Below are positions 50,713-64,000 of a DNA stretch of 64,000 bases, in pieces. The stretch's first letter is position 1, and every line of letters begins with the position of its first letter. Location of the stretch: positions 4,030,001 through 4,094,000 of the forward strand of contig NC_043015.1 in assembly GCF_006345805.1 (NCBI RefSeq). The letters are read 5' to 3'. Source of the stretch: Octopus sinensis. Taxonomy: Eukaryota. The notes beneath the pieces were generated by a model, which saw nothing but the letters and a program-made list of their open reading frames with translations, searched no databases and was not told the origin of the DNA. The position numbers and the translations under genes were made by a program.

Positions 50713-53700
50713 AGATAGAAAGAGGGACAGGGGAGAGAAATACAGACAGACGAATGACAAATATAAGAGTCTATGATTTCCGTTAAAATGTTTGGAAATA
50801 TCAGCAAAAAGTTTGAAACATTTTGTTGATATAATTTGTCCGTTAACAGATTCGGAAGTGGTGAAATGAGGATACGTAGAATGGTAAAAATATTCAGTTA
50901 AGTGACAATGTACATAACACTTAATTTATTTCAAAAGAACATACGAACAACGTTTAGAAATCAATTTCCGAATTTTCAAATTCTCTTGTCAATTACCGGT
51001 AAAAAGTATCTTATGAGGCAGTCAATATTAAATTGTATCTGAAATTAATACATTACTTTAAAGTTTTAATTGACGTTCATTTAGATATCTGCATATCATC
51101 AGAAACCATGCAGAAACAGATATAAATCAAAATATTAAGCTTAATTGTTTACAAAACACAAAATAATTTATGTAGCTAGATAAATTGTTACCTTTAAAAT
51201 CATTCAAGTGTAGTGAATGTACCTAATCATATCATTCTTTTTATAGTAGATGAAATCTGAAGCCACACATCTCACATAATTCTTTTTAAAGAATAAAGGA
51301 AATGAAATTGAGTTACCTAAGATTTGATGCCTTCAATAACCATTTTTAAGACTATAATAGACTATTTTAATTGACGTGTTACCTTCACCATTGCCATACA
51401 CTCACATATGCACATGCATGCACAAGTACGCACAGACACACATATATTTGTGAATATATATATATACACAAACGCACATTATATGCATACATATATATAT
51501 TGACATACTCACACACATACGTATAAACGTATATACGCATATCTATACGTATATGTGCACATATACGAGATATATATATATATTCCTGAACTACTAAAAG
51601 ATGCTAGTTCTACGATGTGTTCATGAATTTAGATGGCCTACATATTTCTTTTTATCTTTTGGATTAAGGCAATACACAATGTTTTTAATAATAGCTAAAT
51701 ATGTATTCAACGTACGCTTTCTATTTTGTCATCTCAATGTGAATTAATATCATGTCAGGAGATATAATTCATCAGGCATAAGTTGTTTTGAACAAACAGC
51801 GTAGAATCGAATAACACTCAGTGGTTTTACATATCGAAAATCGGGGTCAGATGTATAATATAATGGTAATCTTCCTCAAAATGGATCGATAATGAGGCCC
51901 TTAAATGAATTCTACATACCATTTTAAGCAAAATGCTTCGAAAATTATACGTTTCCTCAAGGGGGCGAACTGGAAGAGTCGTTACCACGTCGGACAAAAT
52001 GTTTGCAGTATTCTGTCCATCTTTGCATCCTGAATTCAAATACCAATGATATCGAATCCGACCTTCATTTTTGATGAGAGATGTGCCAGTTCACTACTGG
52101 GATCGATGTAATAGATTAGCATCCTTACCCCAACAAGATCGCCCTGTGGCAAAATTTAAAATCAGTATATGCTTATTCTACAGCTAATTTGCTCTGGGGA
52201 TTTTGGTGCTTCCTTTCTGCATTGCAATTTAAAGCTTTGAAATGGAAAGGAAACAATTACTGCAAATTTGAATAGTATATTTTTTTTAACGTGGTCAGAA
52301 TGGTTTTGTTACCAACTGAGAAAATCCAGAGAAAAAGTAAACAATATGTGCCGTATTAAAATATAAAATGAAAGATAACTAACATTCGGCGTACGCGAGC
52401 GAAACGGCATTAGAGTAACACATAATCTGCTTTACAGTCAATATATACAGCCCTGTGAAAAGTATGAAAGTACGAGATGTAAGCCCATCTTAGACTTGAT
52501 GTGATTAGAAACATTATATTTCAAAATAGAGGCAAACAGTATTGTTTCATGGGTTCTGGAGGGTGACATTGCATAGATGAATCTTTCATAGTAATCAGAT
52601 ATTTGTGCTACACTGGAAGTTTATATATGAGGATGGTCTGGTGCATGTCGGATGTCCAACTGAACACAATGAAATGGACACAACGCACTACTCCGTCCAG
52701 GCTCGGAACCATAAGTGCAGCACTGTTAATACGGGTGCACACGCCTTATATGTAAATATTTACTATATACGAGCGGTTACAAATCATGATGGCATTCAAT
52801 GGTATGAGTTATAATATTTTCACTGTTTTCCCTTAAAAACATGCGTTGCAGATAGATTGGTAAACATCATCACTGCTGTGTTTCCTGAAAAAAACAGGAG
52901 CGTCTCTTGTGAATTCTTACACGATTCAATACGTTTTATCTAAGAAAATTCAACACTATGCTTACTTAAGGTATTAATACATTTATTTTGACACAGATGG
53001 CAATTATATGTAATATTTGATTCACTACCTCCGTATGTTCTCTAATAAGTTCAGATTTAATAAAATGGATGTCTAGTAGTATATATTATTTATTGATTAA
53101 GTATTTGCACATTCTATGGTACATTGAAAGTCCGTAGTATTTTTGTATTAGTTGTACTTGCCGCTGAAGTATCAAGAGTATTTAGCAAGGAATAAAAGTG
53201 TAAATAACACAGTATCTAATCCGTACTTAATCCAGTGGGTATTATAGATCTAATTAAAATGAATTATGGTGAGGAAGAATCATATAAACCAATGTCAAAT
53301 ATCGTGTTATTATGTGATGTACATGTGTCAACAAAGGCATTCAACACTATTTCCATTTAGCATGAACCAGGTACAAAACATTCATCTATAAATAAAATGT
53401 AATATATTACTTTTCATGATGTCATTATATTTAATAATTTCCTTTAACATTTGAACACCAGGTTCTCAATTTCCACGTACATGATAATGATTAACGGTAG
53501 TAGTAGATTATCGAATTGAATAATATTGAGTGTTTAGTTACATTCATTTACGTTTATGTTCTGAGTCATTTTTGCCACTATGGTCGATAAGATAAATATT
53601 CGATATTATCGACACTAATTCTCTCCTACAATATTTCAGTGTTGCGCCAACAAAATAAATCAATATCTAACTGTCCTCAACGAGGTCATCTGGAATGTTC

Positions 53701-54599
53701 GATATGTAGGAAACATTAAACGAATTATTATGAATTTTGTTAAATTGTCTGAATGATGTGGCTAACAGCCTGACATCTATTCGAGCTTTTGACAGAATGG
53801 CAATAAATAATATATGTCTATACTTTTATTAAACTTTATTGTATTCTAAATGTGTTTCAACAAAAGCTACGTAGCCAATGACTGATTAGACTTCTGTTTG
53901 TAAGGTCTTAGAATTGACGGTTTTAATATTTACATGGCTTATATATTTACGTATGATATATCGATAAATGTGTGCTTGTGACAGTTAAAGTTTCTATGTG
54001 TGCAATTATTTTGCATGCACGATATACTCACCGAAATGTTCTGTTTTACGCAGGATCTTATTCATTATGGAAATCTTATAATTTTAATTTAATTTTGTGT
54101 TCAATATTTCATCAATATCATGTATGTAATACATATATGATATTCAATAAAATACCAGTTACAATATGTAAGGAAATTCTTTAAATGTTATATCCTTCCA
54201 TAGAACAGAATCGTACAGTAGTATAATTTCAATTACACTACAGTAATTGTAATATAGGCAAGTCTTTAAGTTATTTCATAACTATTTTTGTTTAGAACAA
54301 TTACTATATTCCGAAGCGAGACATGTAGTGTTGGTTTCTCTGTGAATAAATTAAGTGACTGAAAATTTCAAGCATTTTGCAGTTTGTACGACAGCAATAA
54401 ACATATGTAAAAAAGGAAATATAGTAGAGAGAAGTGAATATCATGAAATATTACACATAATAGAAAAAAAAAGCAATTTAAGCGTAAGGAACACAATATT
54501 CAAATTCGTTTCAGAGAGGGTATTTTTAACTTCCCAGACAAAAGCGAAAATTCACCGAACATTGTAAGGATCCGCGGACGAGTTCGGGATATCTCTTTA

Positions 54600-54720
54600 A
54601 TGACTTTCTTGAATGACTCCTAGTTATTCATTCCTTGCCGAATAAGGCATCACACGGGGAGATATCTGGAGTAAGGGTGGAATGGGCAAAACTAGCAGTT
54701 TCGTGCTTTTTACGCACTCT
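54600..54720 (-). pseudogene. Mariner transposase C-terminal relic
   Basis: Minus strand ttgcccattccacccttactccagatatctccccgtgtgat reads as a frameshifted LP.PP(YS)PDISPCD (YSPDL motif). Confidence 0.5.
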
Positions 54721-54750
54721 TATCAAAGACATGATATCGCATATGTATAT

Positions 54751-54945
54751 ACAGTCGGGGGAAATAGATATTTGTGCATGTCAAAATTCTTTATTTATCT
54801 AATTTCTAATGAACATAAATGGGATATACCAATACCATATTTGCATACTGATGCATAAACTAAGAATATGCAAAAGAAACTAATAAATAAGGAATTTATG
54901 TTCAATTATAAATATTTAGGGGTAGAAAAAGTATTCGTACAGAAT
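54751..54945 (+). mobile_element. Tc1-like IR/DR terminal repeat (left end only)
   Basis: TA-CAGTCGGGGGAAATAGATATTTG, with a second similar direct repeat ggggtagaaaaagtattcg about 165 bp inside. Confidence 0.45.
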
Positions 54946-55577
54946 AAATTTATGACTTATTTAATTAGGTAGGAATATATATGTATGTATGCATGCATGT
55001 ATGCATGCATGTATGCATGCATGTTTCAATGTGCTCTCCTCACTAGCGCTTCTTTCGTAAATGCTCCCATATAAATCCGTCAAGATAATTGGGAACTACA
55101 TATAAAATACATGATCTGGAAGTGTATTTGTATATTCAATATTAGTAATGACTACTGTCAGCAATCTACATCCTTTTTATAAATCATCTGACTCATTCAG
55201 TTGAACAAGATCGAATTATCTTCTCAATGCCCGACGATCACCATGGATATTTCGTAGGTCTCATTTTTTTTATTGCAGTATTTTAGTGTGTAGTCATAAA
55301 CAAACTATGTGTATATGCATGTATGTATAAATGTATTAATATATGTATTTAATGAGCTTTAATCTCAAAAGAAAATGGCTTCTCAACACAGTACCCGTCT
55401 TCGGTATGAGGTGAGTAACTCTCCTATCAGTAGAAAGATGGGCGAAATGTTTGTTGGTACTAGGGACATTGATTCTTATATCTAGGAATGTAGGTACTAC
55501 AAAGCACCACCCGAGACACTGTTAGTGACAACTGAATACTTTCCTGTCTTTACATTGGTTCAAGCCACGTCCTCCAT

Positions 55578-55626
<49 letters not shown>

Positions 55627-56989
55627 GTATAAGGTATATATAATATACATGGCCATAACTGGAAGATGACAGAGGTTTCCGTCCCCCTTTATTCTTCCTT
55701 TGTCCCGGGTTTTATCTAGTCAATTCGGAAGAAACAAGGATGTCTGATAATTTTCGATAAGTATGATTACAACAGTTTGTCACTTTCTGACAAGCTATAT
55801 AACATTACTCGATAATTCCAATGATTCAATTACAAATATGCTCTGAACACAAGGAATAATACATTGATGAATTCTCAACATACACTGTGTCCACATACAT
55901 CGTCAAAAACTCGCTATTGTGCACTTTGAAAATGGGCTGTCCCACATTTAACAAAAGAGCAAATGCAGACACCTATAAAATTGAGTGGATTCAATGTGCA
56001 ATTATTAAAGAATAACACCTTTGAAAAATTGTTTTTATAATGGTTTTATATAAGGCTAGCAACAACGTATGGGAAATTCTAATAGTTAATTTTAAAGCAT
56101 AATAAAGAATGCTTGGTTTATAGATTTTAAACTTAAGGTCATTCTAGACATCTAACCTGTATGCATGCAAAAAAGTAGTTCTTTTATGTCTCACTATGAA
56201 AGATGTAGAAAACAGCGTTGTATGATAAGCTTCGAAAATGCTCAGATTAAATCCCCCGATATCGCGCTGAAAGGTGCTGCTACATTATATATGTATATAT
56301 GTATATGATGAATGTTGATTAACTGAATGCTGAAGTAAGTGTATTTTTTCCGAATATATAACCCCTGTTTCTAAGGGAATGTTTAAACTTATTAATATGT
56401 GTGTTATATTTCAATTTCTACGAACAAATAATTTCACGAAATGCATTTCAATGAGTTCGAACGAGAAATTGTTTTATAGCAGTGTGTTGTCGTGTATGTA
56501 GCCACCATTTACTCACACACCCACTCACATTTCCTCACACAGTAGAGATGTGGATATAAATAGCGCTCAATGTGTGCATGTGAGCGCATGTGTGAAAGAG
56601 AGTATTTCTATGGGTGTGTGTAGAGGACAAGTTTTCTTAGCAATTGCGCTTAGTAAAGTAGGCTAAATAGAGACATATCCTGCATATATACTGTAAAGCC
56701 AATCACTAGAGACTCAACACAGGGGATGAGGCCACTTAATAAAGGTCAAAATAGGCATAAGATTGAAATTTGTGATTTAGCAAAAATATCTCTAAAATAT
56801 CACATAATTCAATCTGAAATATATGGAGAAAAGCAGGAAAAAATACCACTATGAATAGTGCAAAATGAGGGGAAAAATTAATACAGAGACAAAATAAAAA
56901 AGATAGCGTTGGTCAAAAGACTATGTCTATTCGATTAAGTCTGAAATGTTCTATAGAAAAATAGCAATAAAAGTTACTAGAAACTCCAC

Positions 56990-57004
56990 TATATATATAT
57001 ATCT

Positions 57005-57047
<43 letters not shown>

Positions 57048-57053
57048 TAATAA

Positions 57054-57088
<35 letters not shown>

Positions 57089-57168
57089 TATATATATATA
57101 TATATAAAATATATAAATAAATTTATATATATATATATATATAATATATATATATATGTATATATATA

Positions 57169-57201
<33 letters not shown>

Positions 57202-57250
57202 ATATATATATATAATATTATATATATATATATATATATATTAAACATAC

Positions 57251-57285
<35 letters not shown>

Positions 57286-57291
57286 TTAAAC

Positions 57292-57349
<58 letters not shown>

Positions 57350-57537
57350 GTATGTGTGTATATATATATGTATATGTATATATGTATATGTATATATATA
57401 TGTATATGTATATATATATATATGTATATATATATGTATATGTATATGTATAATGTATATGTATAATATATATATATAATATATGTATGTATATATATAT
57501 ATATGTATATATATACATACATATATATATATATATA

Positions 57538-57599
<62 letters not shown>

Positions 57600-57602
57600 C
57601 AT
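56990..57602. repeat. ~600-bp (TA)n/(TATG)n microsatellite
   Basis: Directly visible. Confidence 0.95.
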
Positions 57603-58729
57603 GCATATTCAGATATTATGTTGATATAAAACGAATTCAAATAGATTTCCAAGAAGCAATATTTGTAAATTGTGAGATAATAAACTATGCTACTTTACAA
57701 TTCTTGAATTTTGATATCAAGCGTATCATTTTGGGTATGTTATTATTGCGGCTATGGTACGTGCAGTATATATTAGTTTCCGAATATATTCTCACAGGGT
57801 ATGCTGTTGACTTGCATAGCCTTGCAGTAATATATAATAATTAATCGATATTCCCCTGCACAAATTCAGCATAACTCTGTCTCCCAAAATCTGGAGAGAG
57901 CAAATATAAAAAGTAAAAAAAAAAGTATATAATGATATTCAATTTAATATACGAAGCTCATTATACAATCTATTACACACACACACACACACATATCTTT
58001 ATATTTATATGTATAGGAATGGATAGGTATATATTTACATTTCATTCTCCATCATACTGTAGTTTCTAGTAAGCCTCTGAATGCGCCAGGAATCTGTGTT
58101 TGGTTATAAACCATATCTCGTCTCTTTTTATTTTCTGATATTTGCGAGCGAAGAAGTAAGCAATTATATGTACGTCTAAATATACGTGATAAAATATTTT
58201 GTCAAAATAAGTGTATATTTATTTCTATTCGTTAACATTGCATTTAATAATGTTGTTAATTGGTAATAATTTCCCTGCTCATAAAATATATAATGATATC
58301 ATAGGAATAGTTACTAGAAATGTATGAATACAGATTTTCGACTGCGTAGACAGACGATATTGTGAAGCACAGCACGAGATTGTATTCCAATTTATCGACA
58401 TCTTGAACTGGTAAATTTACATTGGTTTATATGGGAATTCAGTATACAAGGATCTGCAAAAAATTAAGCAAAACATCCTTTACACTCCAACAGTTAAACG
58501 AATTTACATTCCTAATTAATGCAGTTCTGAATAAATATATGGGATTCGTAATTATGGACGGCGGAGGAATTTGCCTGCTAATTACACAAACCCACTGACG
58601 AAATATAAGTTATTTCAGTAAATTCGAATTGTTAAAATGTGAATTCGGCCTTGACTTCACAAAAATGTTAATTTGAAAGTTTTATAGATATTGATCCCAA
58701 ATATTGACAGAGGGTCAATAGAATTTTTT

Positions 58730-58908
58730 AATGGAAGGTGGGGTGATTGTATTCAACCCAATTATTGAATGCTGCTTATCTAATCAACCGCGAAATGTTG
58801 AACGTTAATATCGACCTCTGGAGAATTTGACTTCAGGAGGTAAACAAACATGGACGAAATGCCAGCGTGCATTTCGTCCAGTGATCTAACGATTCAGCGA
58901 CTTCGCCC
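58730..58908 (-). mobile_element. Degenerate family-1 SINE
   Basis: tcgacctctggagaatttgacttcagga...gacgaaatgcc..gcatttcgtcc. Confidence 0.6.
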
Positions 58909-59249
58909 CATCAGGAACGACAGTGATAAAAGGAAACTTCCTCGTGATTACCTACCACACAACAAAGAATTTTTTTTAGAATTATATAGCAGTGTATGTC
59001 ACAATTACAACATGCGATTTGTGAAATATCTACTGCAAGCTTAAAAATCATCAATTACGCAATAACGGTACGGGAATCTAGGTGACAGGATGAATTTTAG
59101 GCAAACAAAAACGCATGCAGATAAAAAAAAATGCACGTGTCACTTCTACATATCTGCAACGAGTGCAATTGCAAAACCGTGAAAACACGTGTGACAACGG
59201 AAAGAGTAAATTTTGCTGTCTACACTCGAACACTGACGGGAGTGGAAAA

Positions 59250-59724
59250 TACTCCAGTGTGGTAGTAATAGTCTGCTCGAGTTCCTCTAGGTATGCAGGA
59301 AGACAGGGGCATAGACCAGACACCTCACATAGCCACACGTTTGCGATTTCCCTTGTCAACTGACGTTATGGCCGGAACGAGCTGCAAATTGTAGTGTTTC
59401 ATTAGTAAGCGTTTCCTCACGACGCGCCAAATTGTCGCTGGAGGAATATGGGTTTTGAGACCTCTTCTTACGGACTTCTTGTGATTCGCAGGAGTTTTTG
59501 GCGAACCCGCTCGACTGTCTCTTTCGATCATAGTGGTCGTCCACATCCTTTTGCCCTGCACAGACAGCCTTCCTCTTTGTATTGTTTGTGCCATGACGAA
59601 ATCTGCATTAGCGTTGGTAATTTTTAGAGAACTCTCTCACAAATGCACGCTGCACACATTTGTTCGGCCGCGTTCGACCATACTCCAGCACACACAACGC
59701 CTTCTCTTTTCTACTGAATGCCAT
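59250..59724 (-). pseudogene. Tc1/mariner-superfamily transposase (DUF4817-type N-terminal HTH), internally deleted
   Basis: ATG at 59724: MAFSRKEKALCVLEY...VQRAFVREF / WHKQYKEEGCLCRAKGCGRP..SKETVERVR / KKSVRR...TIWRVVRKRLLMKHYNLQLV, joined directly to the C-terminal GYVR.LVYAP..LPAYLEELEQTI; catalytic core missing; cctttcag acceptor just 5' of the ATG. Confidence 0.88.
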
Positions 59725-60273
59725 TTGTATACCTGAAAGGACAAACATATCAAACATTAAACATAAGACTTTGACCCATTTCTAGACGTACTGTTAAAAT
59801 TTGAAGTAATTTTAAAATGAACTGGCAAAGTTATCAGACTGCGAAATTATATCAAATAAAAAGAATATCGAGAGAGACGCCTGTGGCATCACTTTGAATT
59901 CAGAAAAAGCTTAAGAAGCAATAGTCTGGAGGAGACTAAGAATATGACTGAGAATCTGACAAGAGTCCTGGCTAACTTTACTTTTATAAAGCATTCACAG
60001 ACTGGCTATGACATTACAACCGTTTCATTAATATCGAAGAATCATATTTTGCTAATTAGTATTTTGTACTTCCGTGACAATAATAACTACTTACGCTGAT
60101 AAAGTCACAAATATTCTACAACCCCGCTTGTGCAAATTATTTAATGCTTTAGAGGCATAGTAAATCAGATTTGAAGTGAAGGGTATGAAAGTTTAGAAAG
60201 TATGTGTGAAAGGCAGTGTCCAAACTTTCTTTCAGGATAAGACCCAAGACACATGCATGTAAATGAGAGTCTA

Positions 60274-60307
<34 letters not shown>

Positions 60308-60629
60308 ATGTGTGTGTATGTGTATGCGTGAGAGTGTGTATGTGTATTTGTGTGTGAATGTGCTAGAAGATGTCTGTCGATATCGAGCGAAGTCTCAGCC
60401 CAAAACAATACCGTTGACTTGTGAATACGTCAAGCATATAACTTGTGAATATGTCTATGTCATGCTGGTAGCCAGACACTCATACGTGTAAACCTATGAA
60501 CCCAATATTTACATGCAGTTATTTATAGCTTTATATATCCCTAAAAAAAATAATTAATTTCACAAATTAAATATTTCCCGTCCAATCTAAACCTCCTAAA
60601 TTCTTGTTATGCATACATGTATAAGTTAT

Positions 60630-60669
<40 letters not shown>

Positions 60670-61947
60670 CGGAGATGTACTTGCATAGCAAGTAAACTGA
60701 TCTGAGATCGTGTGCTTGAACGAAAACAATTGCAGTGTGTCAGGTGTTTATATGACATTTAAGAAGCACAAAAACCGTTAGATTCACTTCAACATTTAAA
60801 TATTATTTGGCAAATATTTTCATCGCTTTGAGACCGCGACCTGTTTACTGACAAAATTCCGTGCTGCAGCGCATATGTGTATATATACATAAACATATAC
60901 ACCTATATACATGAATACCTACACACATGAATATATTTGATTCGCGAAATATATAAAATACACTATAACATATAAACATATGGAAATGTAGTATTATGCA
61001 ATAAGTCGACACATATTCTATTGCGCATTGCTCGATACATGATAAGAATGCAACAGTTAAATTATGAGATTTCTGCTGCCTTACAATCTAAGAAACGGAG
61101 ACATGACTTAATACGGTCTGTTTTTGAGAGTCATGTGTTAGCTCAGAAAAAAAATATTCTCAGTACTATAAATAGTTTACTTGAAAGTTGTAGAAAATAT
61201 TTTGCAGAGTTAATATTTCTTTTTGTTAGTTTCAAATTTTAACTCAAGATTATGTTTTTTTTTCTTCCGCTGCTTCTTCTTATTTAAATGTAATTTTTAT
61301 CTCCGAGCAATTTTTGCAAAGTTACATCAAAAGTTCAACAGAAGTAAACTTTAGAAATTACTTTCATAATGTTTCATCCACATACCACCATAACGATTGT
61401 CACTACACGTTTCCCCAAGGCTAAATTCGTCTCTTAAGCACACGCACACTCAGACACATAACTAAACACAACCATACGCACAAACACGCATACTGACTCA
61501 CACACATGCACACACCTATACACACGAACACATACACATTTATAAATATATATATATATATATATATATCATATATATATACCCACACATAATATATATA
61601 GAAAGAGAGTGAAAAGGATATATATATATATATATATATATAGATAGATAGATAGATAGATAGATACATGCATATATTTTGTTGATCTTTTCCTCCTTCC
61701 GCAAAGGTGAATTTTATTTCTCCACTTACCACCAATTATCTATACATCTGATTATCTACTGCTATACTCTTTTCCTCTTCATCTTTCCATGTTTTGCTTC
61801 TTCTTATGTTTTACAGAATCTTCAATATTTGTAACTTTTGATTTTTATCTTTCGTATATGCATATATGCATAGACGCAACCGCAGAGTCTCGCGTACACA
61901 TGCATAGATGTACGATATATACATACATATAAGTATGCTTACATATA

Positions 61948-61954
<7 letters not shown>

Positions 61955-61981
<27 letters not shown>

Positions 61982-62120
61982 TTTATATATATTTGTATGT
62001 ATGCATATATAAGTGTATATATATATATGTATATATATATATATGTATATATAGATATAGATATATTTATATATATTTGTATGTATGCATATATAAGTGT
62101 ATATATATATATGTATATAT
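61955..62120. repeat. Two tandem copies of a ~75-85-bp TA-rich unit
   Basis: tatagatatagatatatttatatatatttgtatgtatgcatatataagtgtatata occurs twice. Confidence 0.8.
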
Positions 62121-63284
62121 GAAAAAAAAATATATATATATCTAGAGGAAATATTTTAAAGAATTCTAGAAATGCATAATATTAAATCCATGTTTTGAAC
62201 AAATTTCCCATATTCAAATTATGAATATACGCCGTAATCGAAATTTTAGGATGTTCATATGTTGAATGCATTGCATATAAACAAGAGATGTCTTACTTCC
62301 ATTTTAATAACGCAGGGAAATCTATTTACCGTTATACACTTTGTTTCCTTACACGATGAATACTTATAAATGACTCGGATAAACTTCGTTTCGGATTTTT
62401 TAAGGAAGTTTAACTGAGTTTGTTGCAATCTAAACTAAAGCAACATTTTATCCTCTATATTTTGAAGTATATGGATTCCTGTTGCATTCAAATTAAATTA
62501 CATCACCGTAAACAAATAATATTTCATTATATGACATTAGCTACAAAATTAAATACATGCTTATTGGTAGAAGGCAAGTACTTTGAAAAACGGCAATTAA
62601 AGAAACACTATGGATTCCTAGGAGGAATAGGGGGAGTCTTTGAAACAAATTTATAGAGAAAAACCTGAAATGAGCAAAGTAAACCCATTTTCTATTAGTA
62701 TTCTCAGCTCATCATACAAAACCAAATGAACCGAAAATGTCTGAATCCTTACTGAGTTACTTGGAACATAGAAAATACATAACATAGGTTAAACATTATG
62801 GAATAGAAATGCGAAACACTAGTTAAAAGAGAAATACAAATAACTTATAACGAAAGGCGCTCTGACGGTATGGCTTGCGCTGGTAGAACTATCATTCCAC
62901 GGAATATGCACTTAATAATCTGATACTGCAAATAGACATGTTTGCAATAGATAACATAATAAATGACAGAGTATTTGATGAAACCTTTGAATCAATTTAT
63001 AGTTAGCATGTCAGACCAGTTTTTATATATGACTCCAAACAAAGCGTATTAAATATTGTTGATATGCTTGATATAATGATATCGCAATTAAAACTAAAGA
63101 ATTCCTGAATCCGTGAGGTTTTAACACACCTACGATTTGGATGTATATATATTTTAAACTACAATACATTCATGGTATTCCAACAGACATTCGATTTAAA
63201 ATGCTAGAATGTATAATTCGGAGTAACATTTTGCTACATGTGATTAATAATTGTTGAACTATTGTAACTATATTTCTGAATATA

Positions 63285-63472
63285 GGGAACGTTTACGAAA
63301 ATAAACAAAACACGAATGCAGGTGGTTTACAAACAAACAGATGTATTAGTATAGCTCTCATGAATAGAAAAAGTATTTTATGTTTCGAGCCTATGCTCTG
63401 CTACAGAACGATACACAGATACACACAAGGAGAGAAAAAGAATTGTGTAGTAGCTAACGATCTATCATGGCG
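63285..63472 (-). mobile_element. Diverged third copy of the 41806/45300 repeat
   Basis: gggaa..tttacgaaaataaacaaaa..tgtattagta..tttcgagcctatgctct..acaga; stem GAGC/GCTC and GAAAC are retained, core decayed. Confidence 0.75.
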
Positions 63473-64000
63473 TCTGAATAGTTACCGACGAGGAACAAAA
63501 CGAAACGTTTATTCAGAAATGCACGCAGAGCATCGTCTACATATCTTGCATGGAAATGATACTGCTGCACTAAATTTATGCTGCTTTACAACATAAAAGC
63601 TAGAAGAATATTCAGTAGCCCTGTATATCCAGAGATCATTAATAGGTGTTTCCCTTTACTAACGTGGAGCTATTTTCGTTGTACTAAACGTATATACAGC
63701 TATCCCTCTTTATTTGCATACATGCATGCACACTTATATGTTAAGATTAATATATATTTATAAATATAGATACATACATATATACTATATTAATATATAT
63801 ATATAGAGATATTTATATATTAATATTTATATATTTATGTGTGTGTGTGTGTGCAAGTGTTTGATGTGTCTGTGCATATGTATGTATGAATGCATATAAG
63901 AACATGTGTGTGTGTGTATGTGTGTATGTGTGTGGGTGTACTTGAGTAGGTGTGTGCATGTCTGCGTGTGCGTATGTTAATGCAAAGATAAAAGATGCAG

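Noticed and set aside
11-57844. Numerous ORFs made of YI/IY, CV, poly-I/L/T/S/F runs (e.g. 31984-32631, 33201-33761, 37485-37953, 57123-57652)
   Set aside because: These are translations of stop-free microsatellites, with no domain content.

Overview
AT-rich, microsatellite-dense animal genomic DNA. The SINE families and the (TA)n/(ATT)n/(TCTA)n load look like an octopod cephalopod; this is inference, not a database result. I recognise no intact host protein-coding gene, and almost all ORFs in the track are microsatellite translations. Recognisable content: two adjacent 5'-truncated R4/Dong-type (restriction-like endonuclease) LINE fragments in (TAA)n tracts, several mariner/Tc1 transposase relics, a complete non-autonomous Helitron, a CR1-like 3' end, and many tRNA-derived SINEs. 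The most notable signal is a set of type I hammerhead-ribozyme motifs (CUGANGA...GAAAC-palindrome-GUH closed by stem I). They occur in two head-to-tail arrays of ~500-600 bp units (1.5-3.6 kb, four motifs; 43.4-44.8 kb, three motifs) and in several dispersed, (TA)n-embedded repeats with non-canonical cores, as expected for Penelope-like pLTR/retrozyme-type elements. Catalytic activity and novelty cannot be established from sequence alone, and some tandem copies may be long-read assembly artefacts.
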